Made by a program: the position numbers and the translations under genes. Positions 51,018 through 59,713 of a DNA stretch of 64,000 nt are shown here, one piece after another. Below the pieces are notes generated by a model that ran no database searches, was not told the DNA's origin, and saw only the letters and a program-made list of their open reading frames with translations. Source of the DNA: Candidatus Kapaibacterium sp. (GTDB lineage Bacteria > Bacteroidota > Ignavibacteria > Kapaibacteriales > Kapaibacteriaceae); contig JAURNF010000218.1 in the NCBI GenBank assembly GCA_030830285.1, positions 3,354 to 67,353 on the forward strand. Reading direction: 5' to 3'. Position 1 is the first letter of the stretch, and each line of letters starts with the position of its first letter.

Positions 51018-53835
51018 ACACACCCGATGGAAGATTCGAAGTAGAAATCACCATGGTCGACTGATCATCTCCACGATGATACGACACCTTACGGCCTGTT
51101 GCATCGAGGATTGTTACTGCTGACAATGGTTGTGGGGACGACACAACAACGACATCGCGAGCAGGGTTTGGCTGAAGCTGAACGGCTACTTCTGAACGTT
51201 GATCCTGCACGGAGACAGCTGTCGGCAACACATCACGCATGCGCGACGCTGCTTCCGATGCCGACGCACCCAGTGTAATCACGACGGTGTACTCATACGT
51301 TGCTCCGTCTGCCATGGGACCCGTATAGCTCATACCTATCACACTGCTGAGATCGCTCTTGTTGGTTGTTTGAATCGTTGTCCCACTCGACAGCATGCGT
51401 AGTCGATCAGCAATCGACAATCCATCCGGATCGTTGATCACCGATGCGAACGGGAACGCAGCGGATTGCGCAACACCACCTGGTGTTTGCGACACAACCG
51501 CATGACAGATCGCAACGTCGAATCCTTCACGCGTGAAGATCTCGGCAGCAGCGGCCAACCCCGTCAACGCCTGTGGTATCGCCTCTGGTGCCAATCGCGC
51601 ACCATTATTCACAGCGTCGCTACCAATATCCCAGTCAAGGAAGTACCCCGAACCAACATCGTTTCGAACCTGTCCCGATGTGTTGGTGAGTTTCACCTTC
51701 AGCACCACTACTGGCAACTGCGGATCAGGGAAACGCACCGTTTGCTGAACATCAATGCCAATTGGTGAAGTCGCATTCGGATCATTCATCACACCGACAT
51801 TCGCCCGGGGCTCAACGAACGCCTTCGACGCTACAAAGTCAGAGCGGTATGGCTGTGTGTCTGCAAAGCCTGTGCTCGACCGTACACCACCCTCTGTGAG
51901 GAGCACACCACCTGGCGACATCAGCTGAAAGCCACGTGGCAACCAGCCAAATCCATCGCCTTGCTTTGTGTCTAATACCGAACTGTACCCTACTGCACCA
52001 TCATCACCCATCGATACTGCGACAACGCCATTGCTGAAGGTTGTCATCCCAGATGGTGGCTGCAAATACCAGAATGCTCGGTCTTGCTCGCCATCAGCCT
52101 CGATATCAAGTGCAAGAATACATGGCGACTCAAGCGTGAGTTGATCCAGATACAGCGTGAACGACATCTCGCGCTGCGCACCACTGCCAATAGGTCCAAG
52201 CTGGACGCTTTCGGTTGGGATACGAACACTCCAACCCATTGCATCGCTTACACGCAGACGTGCTGTGCCAGCCGTAATCGCACGTAGGTCATTTGCTACC
52301 GTCACTACCATCTGCACAGTATCCCCTGAGCGATACCGAGTTGTCACGCGTGACGTATTCGGATCGATGATGCGAACTGAGGCAATACGGCATGCGATCA
52401 AACTCATGGGGTCGGTCGTGAGCGCACGCTGCATATTCACCCGGCCCGGCAGGAAGTCGGCCACGTTGCTGTTCTTCGATGAGATATCGTCCGATGTGCG
52501 GCGCAGAACGCCAATCACTTGATCTGTTGTGAGCGCCGGGTACTTGCCACGCACGAGAGCTGCAACGCCCGCTGCAATTGGCGATGCGAAGGATGTTCCC
52601 TCGACGCTAAAGTTTGTGTAACCACCTCCAGCTTCGGTCGTGTATGCCTGCGAACCTGGCGCCATCACCTGGGCATTCCCGCCCAGACCCGATGATGCCT
52701 GCACGAAATCGTCGGCATCCGTCTCACCAACACCAAGCACACCAGTATAGCCGGAAGGATAATTCAAGAAGCGCCAACCATCTCCACTTCCACCTGTTCC
52801 ATGATTGCCGCCTGAAGCAACAACCAGCACATTATTCGCACGACAATAGTCGATCACAGATTGATCGATTGCTGAATACGGCTTTACGATTCCCCAGCTA
52901 GTGTTCACCACACTGAATTTGCGTTGGGCTGCGTAGATCAGCGACTGGTATCCGAAGATGATCGAGGAAGATCCGTTACGCGATACCTTCATCGGGAAGA
53001 TGCGCGAGCGATTTCCTACGCCTGTGATGCCAACGCCATTATTCGCAGTAGCACCGGCAAGCCCAGATACCTTCGTTCCGTGTCCGTCGGCAGCATTATT
53101 CGCTGTCTCACCAGGCAGCGTACCATCGGTGGCGCTTGCGAAGTTGTAGCCAAGAGCATCATCGACGTAGCCATTGCCGTCGTCATCGACCTCGTTACCC
53201 GGAATCTCTTGCCAGTTGCGGGCGATGTTGCCGCGCAGATCTTCGTGGTTTTGGCTCACGCCGTTATCGGAAATGCCAATCACGACCGATGTATCGCCGC
53301 TGAATGCTTCCCATCCGGCAAGTGCCGATATCGTCGCCAAGTAGCGCTGTTCCGATTGCATCGGATCATTTGGTGCAACACGACGCATTGCCTGCTGCTG
53401 CATCACATACCAAGGCTCGGCAATCTCGACATGTGCGCGTGCCTTCGTCGAGAGTTCACGAACAGCATCAAGCGGAGCAACACCGTTGAGCTGCACGACA
53501 AATGTGCGTGTGAGTTGCTCCTCACTCATCCACAGGAGCTTCGCTGTAGTGGCGAGTGGACGTGAAGCACGGGGCTGTGATGATGACGAAAAGTAGACCG
53601 AACGCTTGGCATCGAGAAGTGGCTCGACGATCGTGTACTGTGATGGTAGAAGTTGCTGCGCTTCCTCGAGCGAGCGCACCGCGTGCATCCGCACGTAGAT
53701 GTGCGAGGCACGAACATCGAATGTAGCCGTACCGATACGCACCGAGGTCACATCATCGGAGGCGTGCACGCCCCCTACTATGAGGAGCATCGTGCATAGA
53801 AGGTGGACAATTCGAGGGGTGAAGTGTTTGCCCAT
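50956..53835 (-). CDS. S8 (subtilisin-like) serine peptidase with T9SS CTD
   Basis: Triad ISDNG / HGTKVSG / GTSFASP; DDDGNGYVDD; QPNPARD...LPSGVYVV CTD. Confidence 0.9.
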   Translation of the reverse strand: MGKHFTPRIVHLLCTMLLIVGGVHASDDVTSVRIGTATFDVRASHIYVRMHAVRSLEEAQQLLPSQYTIVEPLLDAKRSVYFSSSSQPRASRPLATTAKLLWMSEEQLTRTFVVQLNGVAPLDAVRELSTKARAHVEIAEPWYVMQQQAMRRVAPNDPMQSEQRYLATISALAGWEAFSGDTSVVIGISDNGVSQNHEDLRGNIARNWQEIPGNEVDDDGNGYVDDALGYNFASATDGTLPGETANNAADGHGTKVSGLAGATANNGVGITGVGNRSRIFPMKVSRNGSSSIIFGYQSLIYAAQRKFSVVNTSWGIVKPYSAIDQSVIDYCRANNVLVVASGGNHGTGGSGDGWRFLNYPSGYTGVLGVGETDADDFVQASSGLGGNAQVMAPGSQAYTTEAGGGYTNFSVEGTSFASPIAAGVAALVRGKYPALTTDQVIGVLRRTSDDISSKNSNVADFLPGRVNMQRALTTDPMSLIACRIASVRIIDPNTSRVTTRYRSGDTVQMVVTVANDLRAITAGTARLRVSDAMGWSVRIPTESVQLGPIGSGAQREMSFTLYLDQLTLESPCILALDIEADGEQDRAFWYLQPPSGMTTFSNGVVAVSMGDDGAVGYSSVLDTKQGDGFGWLPRGFQLMSPGGVLLTEGGVRSSTGFADTQPYRSDFVASKAFVEPRANVGVMNDPNATSPIGIDVQQTVRFPDPQLPVVVLKVKLTNTSGQVRNDVGSGYFLDWDIGSDAVNNGARLAPEAIPQALTGLAAAAEIFTREGFDVAICHAVVSQTPGGVAQSAAFPFASVINDPDGLSIADRLRMLSSGTTIQTTNKSDLSSVIGMSYTGPMADGATYEYTVVITLGASASEAASRMRDVLPTAVSVQDQRSEVAVQLQPNPARDVVVVSSPQPLSAVTILDATGRKVSYHRGDDQSTMVISTSNLPSGVYVVSLRSTTSTATSTLQIVR

Positions 53836-53879
53836 GGCAGAGGGTTTTCGCAGTTTGAGGTTTCGGATTACACAAGACT

Positions 53880-55568
53880 ATGTCAGAAGAACAACGTTAC
53901 ATCGTTACAGCTCGAAAATGGCGACCTCTTCGGTTTTCCGATGTGGTTGGTCAGGAGCATATTACGACGACGCTGAAGAATGCCATTGGGAAGGGGCGAA
54001 TCCATCATGCGTATGTGTTTACTGGGCCGCGTGGTGTGGGGAAGACCACGTGCGCACGCATTTTAGCTCGAGCGCTAAACTGCACCAACAGCACAGACCA
54101 TGAGCCATGCAATCAATGTCCCTCGTGCACAGATATGCTCGAGGGACGTAGCGTGGACATCATCGAGATCGACGGTGCGTCGAACAACTCGGTAGACGAT
54201 GTACGCAAGCTTCGCGATAACGCCAAGTACGCCCCGATGTCGGGTCGGTACAAGATGTACATCATCGACGAAGTACACATGCTCTCGACAGCCGCATTCA
54301 ATGCGCTGTTGAAGACGCTTGAGGAGCCGCCACCGCACCTGATCTTCGTGTTTGCGACGACTGAAATCCACAAGGTTCCGGCAACGATCCTGAGTCGCTG
54401 TCAGCGGTTTGATTTCCGCCGCATGGAGATCGAAACGATCACATCGCATCTGCGGCACATCGCAACGGCTGAAAAGATTTCCATCGACGACGCATCACTG
54501 GTAGCCATCGCGAAGAAGGCCGACGGATCGATGCGCGACTCGCAGTCGATTTTCGACCAAGTGGTGTCGTTCTGCGGAACGTCGATCACCATCAGCGACG
54601 TCAGCGCTGCACTGCATCTCATTGACGTTGACTTCTTCTTCGCCTTGAGCACGGCAGCACGAACACACGACATCCCAAAGATGTTTACGCTTGCTCGACA
54701 AGTGATCGATCGCGGATACGACTTACAAGAGTGCTTGATTGGATTGCTTGAGCACTTCCGCAACATTCTTACCGTGATCACCACACAAGGGACTGATCTC
54801 ATCGAGGCATCAGGCGAGCATCTTACTCGCTATCGCGACGAAGCTACGCTCTTCACGAAGGAAGACGCATTGCGAATCATGACGTTGCTGTCGCAGGGCG
54901 AGGCCGTGTTGCGACAGAATCCACCACAGCCACGCGTGCGCTTTGAGTTTACACTCGTGCAAGTGGCAGCCATGGATTCATCCGTTGATCTTGGGAAGGT
55001 CCTTGCCATGGTGAGCGCAGCGCCAGCGCAGCAGCGCGGTGCGTCGCCTTCAACACAGATTCCATCGACATCATCACAGCGCATTGTGGGTGGGGTAGCA
55101 GCGATTCCGCAGCCGATTCGCGTGGGAAATCCCGTTATCGTCCGTGCACAGAAGAATCCTGTCAGCTCTCTTACGTCGGGTAATCTTGCACGCCGTTGGA
55201 ACGAGGTACTCGAATCGCTCCCTGAACATCTCGTGTTTGTGAAGGCTTCGGTGAAACAGCAAATGCTCACCATCGACTTCACAGACGTAGGCCTTGTCCT
55301 ACGTCCCCACGCCGAGATCATTCATCACCGCCTTGTCGATAAGATCGCGGCGCTGAAGACGCACCTCGCGGAGATGTACAATGCGCCGGTGGGCGTGCAA
55401 CTCATAGCGCCTCGCGCAACTGAGCGAACAGCGCCAGCGCAGGCAAACGATGCAACTCCCGCGGTTGAAGCAGCGTTTACGTCTGCGCAGTCAGAAGATC
55501 TGCTGCCAATCGAGCATACGCTGATTGACTTGTTCAAGGCACGTAGGGCAACAGCGCCCGGGAAGTAA
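53880..55568 (+). CDS. dnaX: DNA polymerase III gamma/tau subunit
   Basis: ARKWRP, GPRGVGKTT, EIDGASNNSVD, IIDEVHML, SRCQRF. Confidence 0.97.
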   Translation: MSEEQRYIVTARKWRPLRFSDVVGQEHITTTLKNAIGKGRIHHAYVFTGPRGVGKTTCARILARALNCTNSTDHEPCNQCPSCTDMLEGRSVDIIEIDGASNNSVDDVRKLRDNAKYAPMSGRYKMYIIDEVHMLSTAAFNALLKTLEEPPPHLIFVFATTEIHKVPATILSRCQRFDFRRMEIETITSHLRHIATAEKISIDDASLVAIAKKADGSMRDSQSIFDQVVSFCGTSITISDVSAALHLIDVDFFFALSTAARTHDIPKMFTLARQVIDRGYDLQECLIGLLEHFRNILTVITTQGTDLIEASGEHLTRYRDEATLFTKEDALRIMTLLSQGEAVLRQNPPQPRVRFEFTLVQVAAMDSSVDLGKVLAMVSAAPAQQRGASPSTQIPSTSSQRIVGGVAAIPQPIRVGNPVIVRAQKNPVSSLTSGNLARRWNEVLESLPEHLVFVKASVKQQMLTIDFTDVGLVLRPHAEIIHHRLVDKIAALKTHLAEMYNAPVGVQLIAPRATERTAPAQANDATPAVEAAFTSAQSEDLLPIEHTLIDLFKARRATAPGK

Positions 55569-55572
55569 CATT

Positions 55573-56043
55573 ATGGCACTCGCAGAAGGAACGAAGGCAC
55601 CCGTGGTTTCAGGGGTGACGAACGGAAACGGTACGTTCTCAACGAAGGAATGCAAGGGAGCATGGACCGTTCTGTATTTCTATCCGAAGGATGCAACATC
55701 CGGTTGCACAGCGGAAGCATGTGACTTTCGTGACTCGATGAAGCGCCTCACGAAGCTTGATGTACGTGTCGTTGGTGTAAGCCCCGATGGTGTGGCTTCG
55801 CATGAGAAGTTCATTACGAAGTACGATCTCGACTTCCCTCTTGTAGCCGACGAAGACCACGCATTCTGCGAGGCATTCGATACGTGGAAGGAAAAGTCGA
55901 TGTACGGTCGCAAATACATGGGTGTTGAGCGGACTACGTACATCATCAATCCAAAGGGTGTCATCGTCAAGACCTACGAAAAGGTGAAGGTCCCTGGTCA
56001 CGTCGATGCCATCATCAAGGATCTAGCAGAGCTCACAGCGTGA
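55573..56043 (+). CDS. bcp: Peroxiredoxin Q (BCP)
   Basis: LYFYPKDATSGCTAEACDFRD, KSMYGRKYMGVERTT; ATG at 55573. Confidence 0.93.
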   Translation: MALAEGTKAPVVSGVTNGNGTFSTKECKGAWTVLYFYPKDATSGCTAEACDFRDSMKRLTKLDVRVVGVSPDGVASHEKFITKYDLDFPLVADEDHAFCEAFDTWKEKSMYGRKYMGVERTTYIINPKGVIVKTYEKVKVPGHVDAIIKDLAELTA

Positions 56044-57644
56044 TCGATACGCATGCACATATTGATGTAAAGGCATTCGACGAGGATCGCGAAGCGATGC
56101 TCGATCGCGCTCGTGCTGCCGGTGTTACGGCAATCATCGTACCCGACATCGAGCGCTCACGTCGTGCACACCTCAAGGAGGTTGTCGATGCGCACCCTGA
56201 TCTGTATCGTGGGATAGGCATTCATCCGCACCATGCTGGTGAGATGACGCAGCACGACCTTGATGAGATTGCAGCACAATGCACAGAGCCGAAGGTGGTA
56301 GCCATCGGTGAAATCGGACTCGACTACTACTACGACTTCTGTCCGCCCGACGTGCAGAAGTTGTACTTTCGTGAGCAAATCCGCATCGCGAAGGCACATA
56401 ACCTGCCGATTATTGTGCACAATCGCGAGTCGGATAGCGATGTGATGGAGATACTTCGAGAAGAGCAAGACGGTTCACTACGAGGCGTGCTGCATTGTTT
56501 TTCGAGTGATGTCGCGGTGCTTGACCAGGCCATGGATCTTGGACTTCACGTGTCATTCACGGGAAACATCACCTTTAAGAAGTCTACACTGAACGACGTT
56601 CTGCTACGTGTACCGCTCGATCGGGTAATGATTGAAACGGATGCACCGTACATGACGCCCGTCCCACATCGCGGTACACGAAACGAGCCATCTTACGTCC
56701 GCCTTGTCGCGGAGAAACTTGCGGAGATAAAAGGTATGCCACTGTCAGAGATCATTACCACAACAACTGCCACTGCACGACGCTTCTTTGGGCTTCTCGC
56801 TGCCGTTGTTCTCTGTACGCTTGCGACCACAGCCCAGCCAACACGTCCGAACGAGGATGATTACGAGAACGATATCGATCTCGAAATCGCGCTTGAGAAT
56901 TACGAGCTCGATTCGATTGGCTGGTCAAAGTATGTCAAGCCGCGCTCCCTTGGTATTGGCGTAACACTTGGTTCGAACACGGTGGTTGAGCAGCAGACCT
57001 ACCGTCAACGGTATTACCGCGCTATTCCAGGCACAACTTCAGCACAGCGCTGGGAGACATTTTCGCAGGATCAGGGTCCTTCGCGTTCGTTCTCGTATGA
57101 CGGTCTGGCGAGCTTCGGTGGTACGCTGATGTATCAGCTAACAACACGCATTGCAGTCGAAGGCACCTTCATCTACACGAAGAACGTCGGCGATCGCGCA
57201 CTCTATGGATTGGCTCCGATTGAGACTGGCATCATCGAGGGTACGATGCTCTACTCGCTCAATCCATACAACAAGGTCAACTTCGTACCACAGATCGGTG
57301 GCACAATTGCTCGGCAGTCCGACGGACGTAGCACGGTTGATCAAGTGGGCATGAATGTGGGTATGGGCATTGGGGTCAACATTCCAACATCGTTTGGGTT
57401 GTTCTACCCGATGGTGAACGTCCGATTCAACTTCATGTTTGGTACACAGCGCGAGGCAATCATCAACAGTTATCCTGTGATTGCCGGCGAAGACCAGACA
57501 TACATCACCGACGATCCAAACCGTCCAGGTGTGAAGCTGCACTACAACCCAACGAATCCTTCGCAAGTATCGGTCGACTTGGCCGACGTAACAACGATCT
57601 ACTCTATCCCACGACTGTCGATCATGTTCTTCCCGAAGTTCTAA
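56040..57644 (+). CDS. tatD: TatD-family nuclease (aa ~1-250) fused in frame to a signal peptide and an outer-membrane beta-barrel-like domain
   Basis: IDTHAH, GEIGLDY, VHNRE, LHCFS, ETDAPY; then RRFFGLLAAVVLCTLATTA|Q and amphipathic beta-strands ending in a C-terminal Phe. Confidence 0.85.
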   Translation: MIDTHAHIDVKAFDEDREAMLDRARAAGVTAIIVPDIERSRRAHLKEVVDAHPDLYRGIGIHPHHAGEMTQHDLDEIAAQCTEPKVVAIGEIGLDYYYDFCPPDVQKLYFREQIRIAKAHNLPIIVHNRESDSDVMEILREEQDGSLRGVLHCFSSDVAVLDQAMDLGLHVSFTGNITFKKSTLNDVLLRVPLDRVMIETDAPYMTPVPHRGTRNEPSYVRLVAEKLAEIKGMPLSEIITTTTATARRFFGLLAAVVLCTLATTAQPTRPNEDDYENDIDLEIALENYELDSIGWSKYVKPRSLGIGVTLGSNTVVEQQTYRQRYYRAIPGTTSAQRWETFSQDQGPSRSFSYDGLASFGGTLMYQLTTRIAVEGTFIYTKNVGDRALYGLAPIETGIIEGTMLYSLNPYNKVNFVPQIGGTIARQSDGRSTVDQVGMNVGMGIGVNIPTSFGLFYPMVNVRFNFMFGTQREAIINSYPVIAGEDQTYITDDPNRPGVKLHYNPTNPSQVSVDLADVTTIYSIPRLSIMFFPKF

Positions 57645-57648
57645 GTCC

Positions 57649-58269
57649 ATGGCTATCATCCTAAACGGTACAGCGCTTTCGACAGATCTGGCAACGATCC
57701 GTTCGAAGAACACACCAATCGACGTGTTCCGTGGTGCTGTAAACCGCATCGGGATGCACCTTGCCGTTGAGGCATCGAAGCACCTTCCTTCGCGTGACAT
57801 TGAGGTTACAACGCCGATTGAAACAACGACGTGCTCGGTGATTCGTGGCGGTGTTGTGGTAGTGCCGATCCTTCGTGCAGGACTGGGGCTGCTCGAGCCT
57901 TTTTTGTCGCTTTGCCCTGAAGCATCGGTTGGATTCATTGGACTAAAGCGTGACGAGTCTACGCTCGAGCCACACGAGTACTATCGCAATCTCCCGCCGT
58001 CGGACGAGGATACAACGTTCATCGTCATCGATCCAATGCTTGCCACGGGTGGTAGCATGTCGGCCACGATTTCGTTGCTCAAGCAGGTGCCGCACCATTG
58101 CATCATTGCGACCTGTCTGATCGCATCACCCGAGGGTGTTGCTAAGATCACAGAAGATCATCCCGACGTTCTGCTCGTGTGCGCGGCCTTGGACCGCCAG
58201 TTGAATGACCAGGGATACATCATGCCAGGCTTGGGCGATGCTGGCGACCGACTCTTTGGAACGATCTAA
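57649..58269 (+). CDS. upp: Uracil phosphoribosyltransferase
   Basis: VPILRAGLG, DPMLATGGS, GYIMPGLGDAGDRLFGT. Confidence 0.96.
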   Translation: MAIILNGTALSTDLATIRSKNTPIDVFRGAVNRIGMHLAVEASKHLPSRDIEVTTPIETTTCSVIRGGVVVVPILRAGLGLLEPFLSLCPEASVGFIGLKRDESTLEPHEYYRNLPPSDEDTTFIVIDPMLATGGSMSATISLLKQVPHHCIIATCLIASPEGVAKITEDHPDVLLVCAALDRQLNDQGYIMPGLGDAGDRLFGTI

Positions 58270-58277
58270 TTCCAAAA

Positions 58278-58323
58278 CCTGACAAAAGTCAGGCTTTGTC
58301 ACATACGCTCCCCTGTAGTTTCG
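58278..58323 (+). promoter_or_regulatory. Nested inverted repeats plus a -7-like element upstream of a small gene
   Basis: CCTGAC-AAAA-GTCAGG (58278-93); TGACAAA...TTTGTCA (58280-301); TAGTTTCG (58316-23). Confidence 0.45.
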
Positions 58324-58365
58324 AACAGTTGATTGTTTCACCTGTTCCGCGATATGGAGGCCGTT

Positions 58366-58566
58366 ATGACAATTTTCCACTTCGGTAAGCACGCCGTTCC
58401 GCTTGCAGACATCCACGATATCAATCTCGTCTACAAGTACCATGACAACGAGATCTATGTTGATCTCGAACTCAATGGCGGCGCACAACTCAGCCTCAAT
58501 CTTCCCGACTCTCTGGCATTCATGGAGCAGTTCATTAAGAAGATTCGCGAGACGAAAAACCTGTAA
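58366..58566 (+). CDS. Small hypothetical protein (66 aa)
   Basis: GGAGG 5 nt before the ATG at 58366; own promoter-like element; plausible globular sequence. Confidence 0.7.
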   Translation: MTIFHFGKHAVPLADIHDINLVYKYHDNEIYVDLELNGGAQLSLNLPDSLAFMEQFIKKIRETKNL

Positions 58567-59707
58567 GGTACTCGCGCACGGCTGCTTCAAGCGCATCGAT
58601 ATCGCGCTGCTGAGTATGAAGGTGCGCACTACAACGTAGAATTGGAACATTGAGCCATCGATGGACAACAACCTCGATGGCTCGTTCATTATACAGCCAC
58701 TGCTTCATATGGTCAGTGTCTACATCTGATGGCAAAATGACAGTTGCCATCTGCAACAACGGATCGTGTCCACTTGCATGCATTGGCTGCACACCAGGCA
58801 GTGCCACGAGCATATCATGCGCTACATACGCCAGACCTCGTCCGTACTGTTGCGCGCGGTCCCATGGCTGCTGTGCCATGAGTTCGATCGCAAATGGAAC
58901 ACTAAGGAACGGACTGTAATCGCGCGTTCCAATGAATTCATGTTCGATGTTCAACGGACCATCACCGGCCACAGGATTACGCGCTCCCCAGCTGACGACA
59001 AGCGGTATGATTGCATCCTGCAGATGCGGGGCAACCCACAGAAACGCACTCCCTTTTGGTGTGCACATCCACTTGTGACAGTTCGCCGTGTAGACATCCG
59101 CTTGAAGCGTCGAGAGATCCAACGGAATGTGACCAGGTGAATGCGACCCATCGATGACCGAGAGAATACCTGCTGCACGTGCGCGAGCGCACAGATCCTC
59201 GACAGGCAATCGCACACCTGTTGGTGATGTGATATGACTTAGGAACAACACCTTTGTGTTCGGCGTAACCTTCGACCAAATGATTTCTGCCATCTCATCC
59301 ATCGACGGAACAGGCATCGGAATCTCAGCACGCACGTATCGAATACCCTTGGCTACACAGTACTGTTCCCAGGCACGATCGCAAGCTCCGTACTCATGAT
59401 CCGTTGTGCAGATCTCGTCGCCCTCTGTCAGCATCATCGACAGCGCATGCGCTGTGACGTTCACACCGAACGTGCTGTTCGTTACGTAGACAAGGTCCTT
59501 CCCTTCTGCACCGACGTATCGAGCAAGCGTATTGCGTGCATGAAGAAGGTTTGCAATTGACTCGCGGAAGTACAGCACTGGCTGCGCTTCGAGCTGCTCA
59601 ATCCAACGACGTTGCTCGTCGAGGATCGGACGCGGACACGCACCAAACGATCCGTGGTTCAAAAACACAATATCATCGCGGAGGAGGAAGTCCGAGCGAT
59701 TCAGCAT
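58535..59707 (-). CDS. PLP-dependent aminotransferase class V (isopenicillin-N-epimerase/C-S lyase-like)
   Basis: FLNHGSFGACP, SHITSPTG, IDGSH, NCHKWMCTPKG. Confidence 0.9.
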   Translation of the reverse strand: MLNRSDFLLRDDIVFLNHGSFGACPRPILDEQRRWIEQLEAQPVLYFRESIANLLHARNTLARYVGAEGKDLVYVTNSTFGVNVTAHALSMMLTEGDEICTTDHEYGACDRAWEQYCVAKGIRYVRAEIPMPVPSMDEMAEIIWSKVTPNTKVLFLSHITSPTGVRLPVEDLCARARAAGILSVIDGSHSPGHIPLDLSTLQADVYTANCHKWMCTPKGSAFLWVAPHLQDAIIPLVVSWGARNPVAGDGPLNIEHEFIGTRDYSPFLSVPFAIELMAQQPWDRAQQYGRGLAYVAHDMLVALPGVQPMHASGHDPLLQMATVILPSDVDTDHMKQWLYNERAIEVVVHRWLNVPILRCSAHLHTQQRDIDALEAAVREYLTGFSSRESS

Positions 59708-59713
59708 GATGCC

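Noticed and set aside
53880..55568. Programmed frameshift in dnaX producing gamma
   Set aside because: I saw no A-AAA-AAG heptamer or long A run in the gene.
56775..56795. RRFF as a Tat export motif in the TatD fusion
   Set aside because: An ARRLF-like ending is the ordinary TatD C-terminal helix, and beta-barrels use Sec; the match is probably coincidental.
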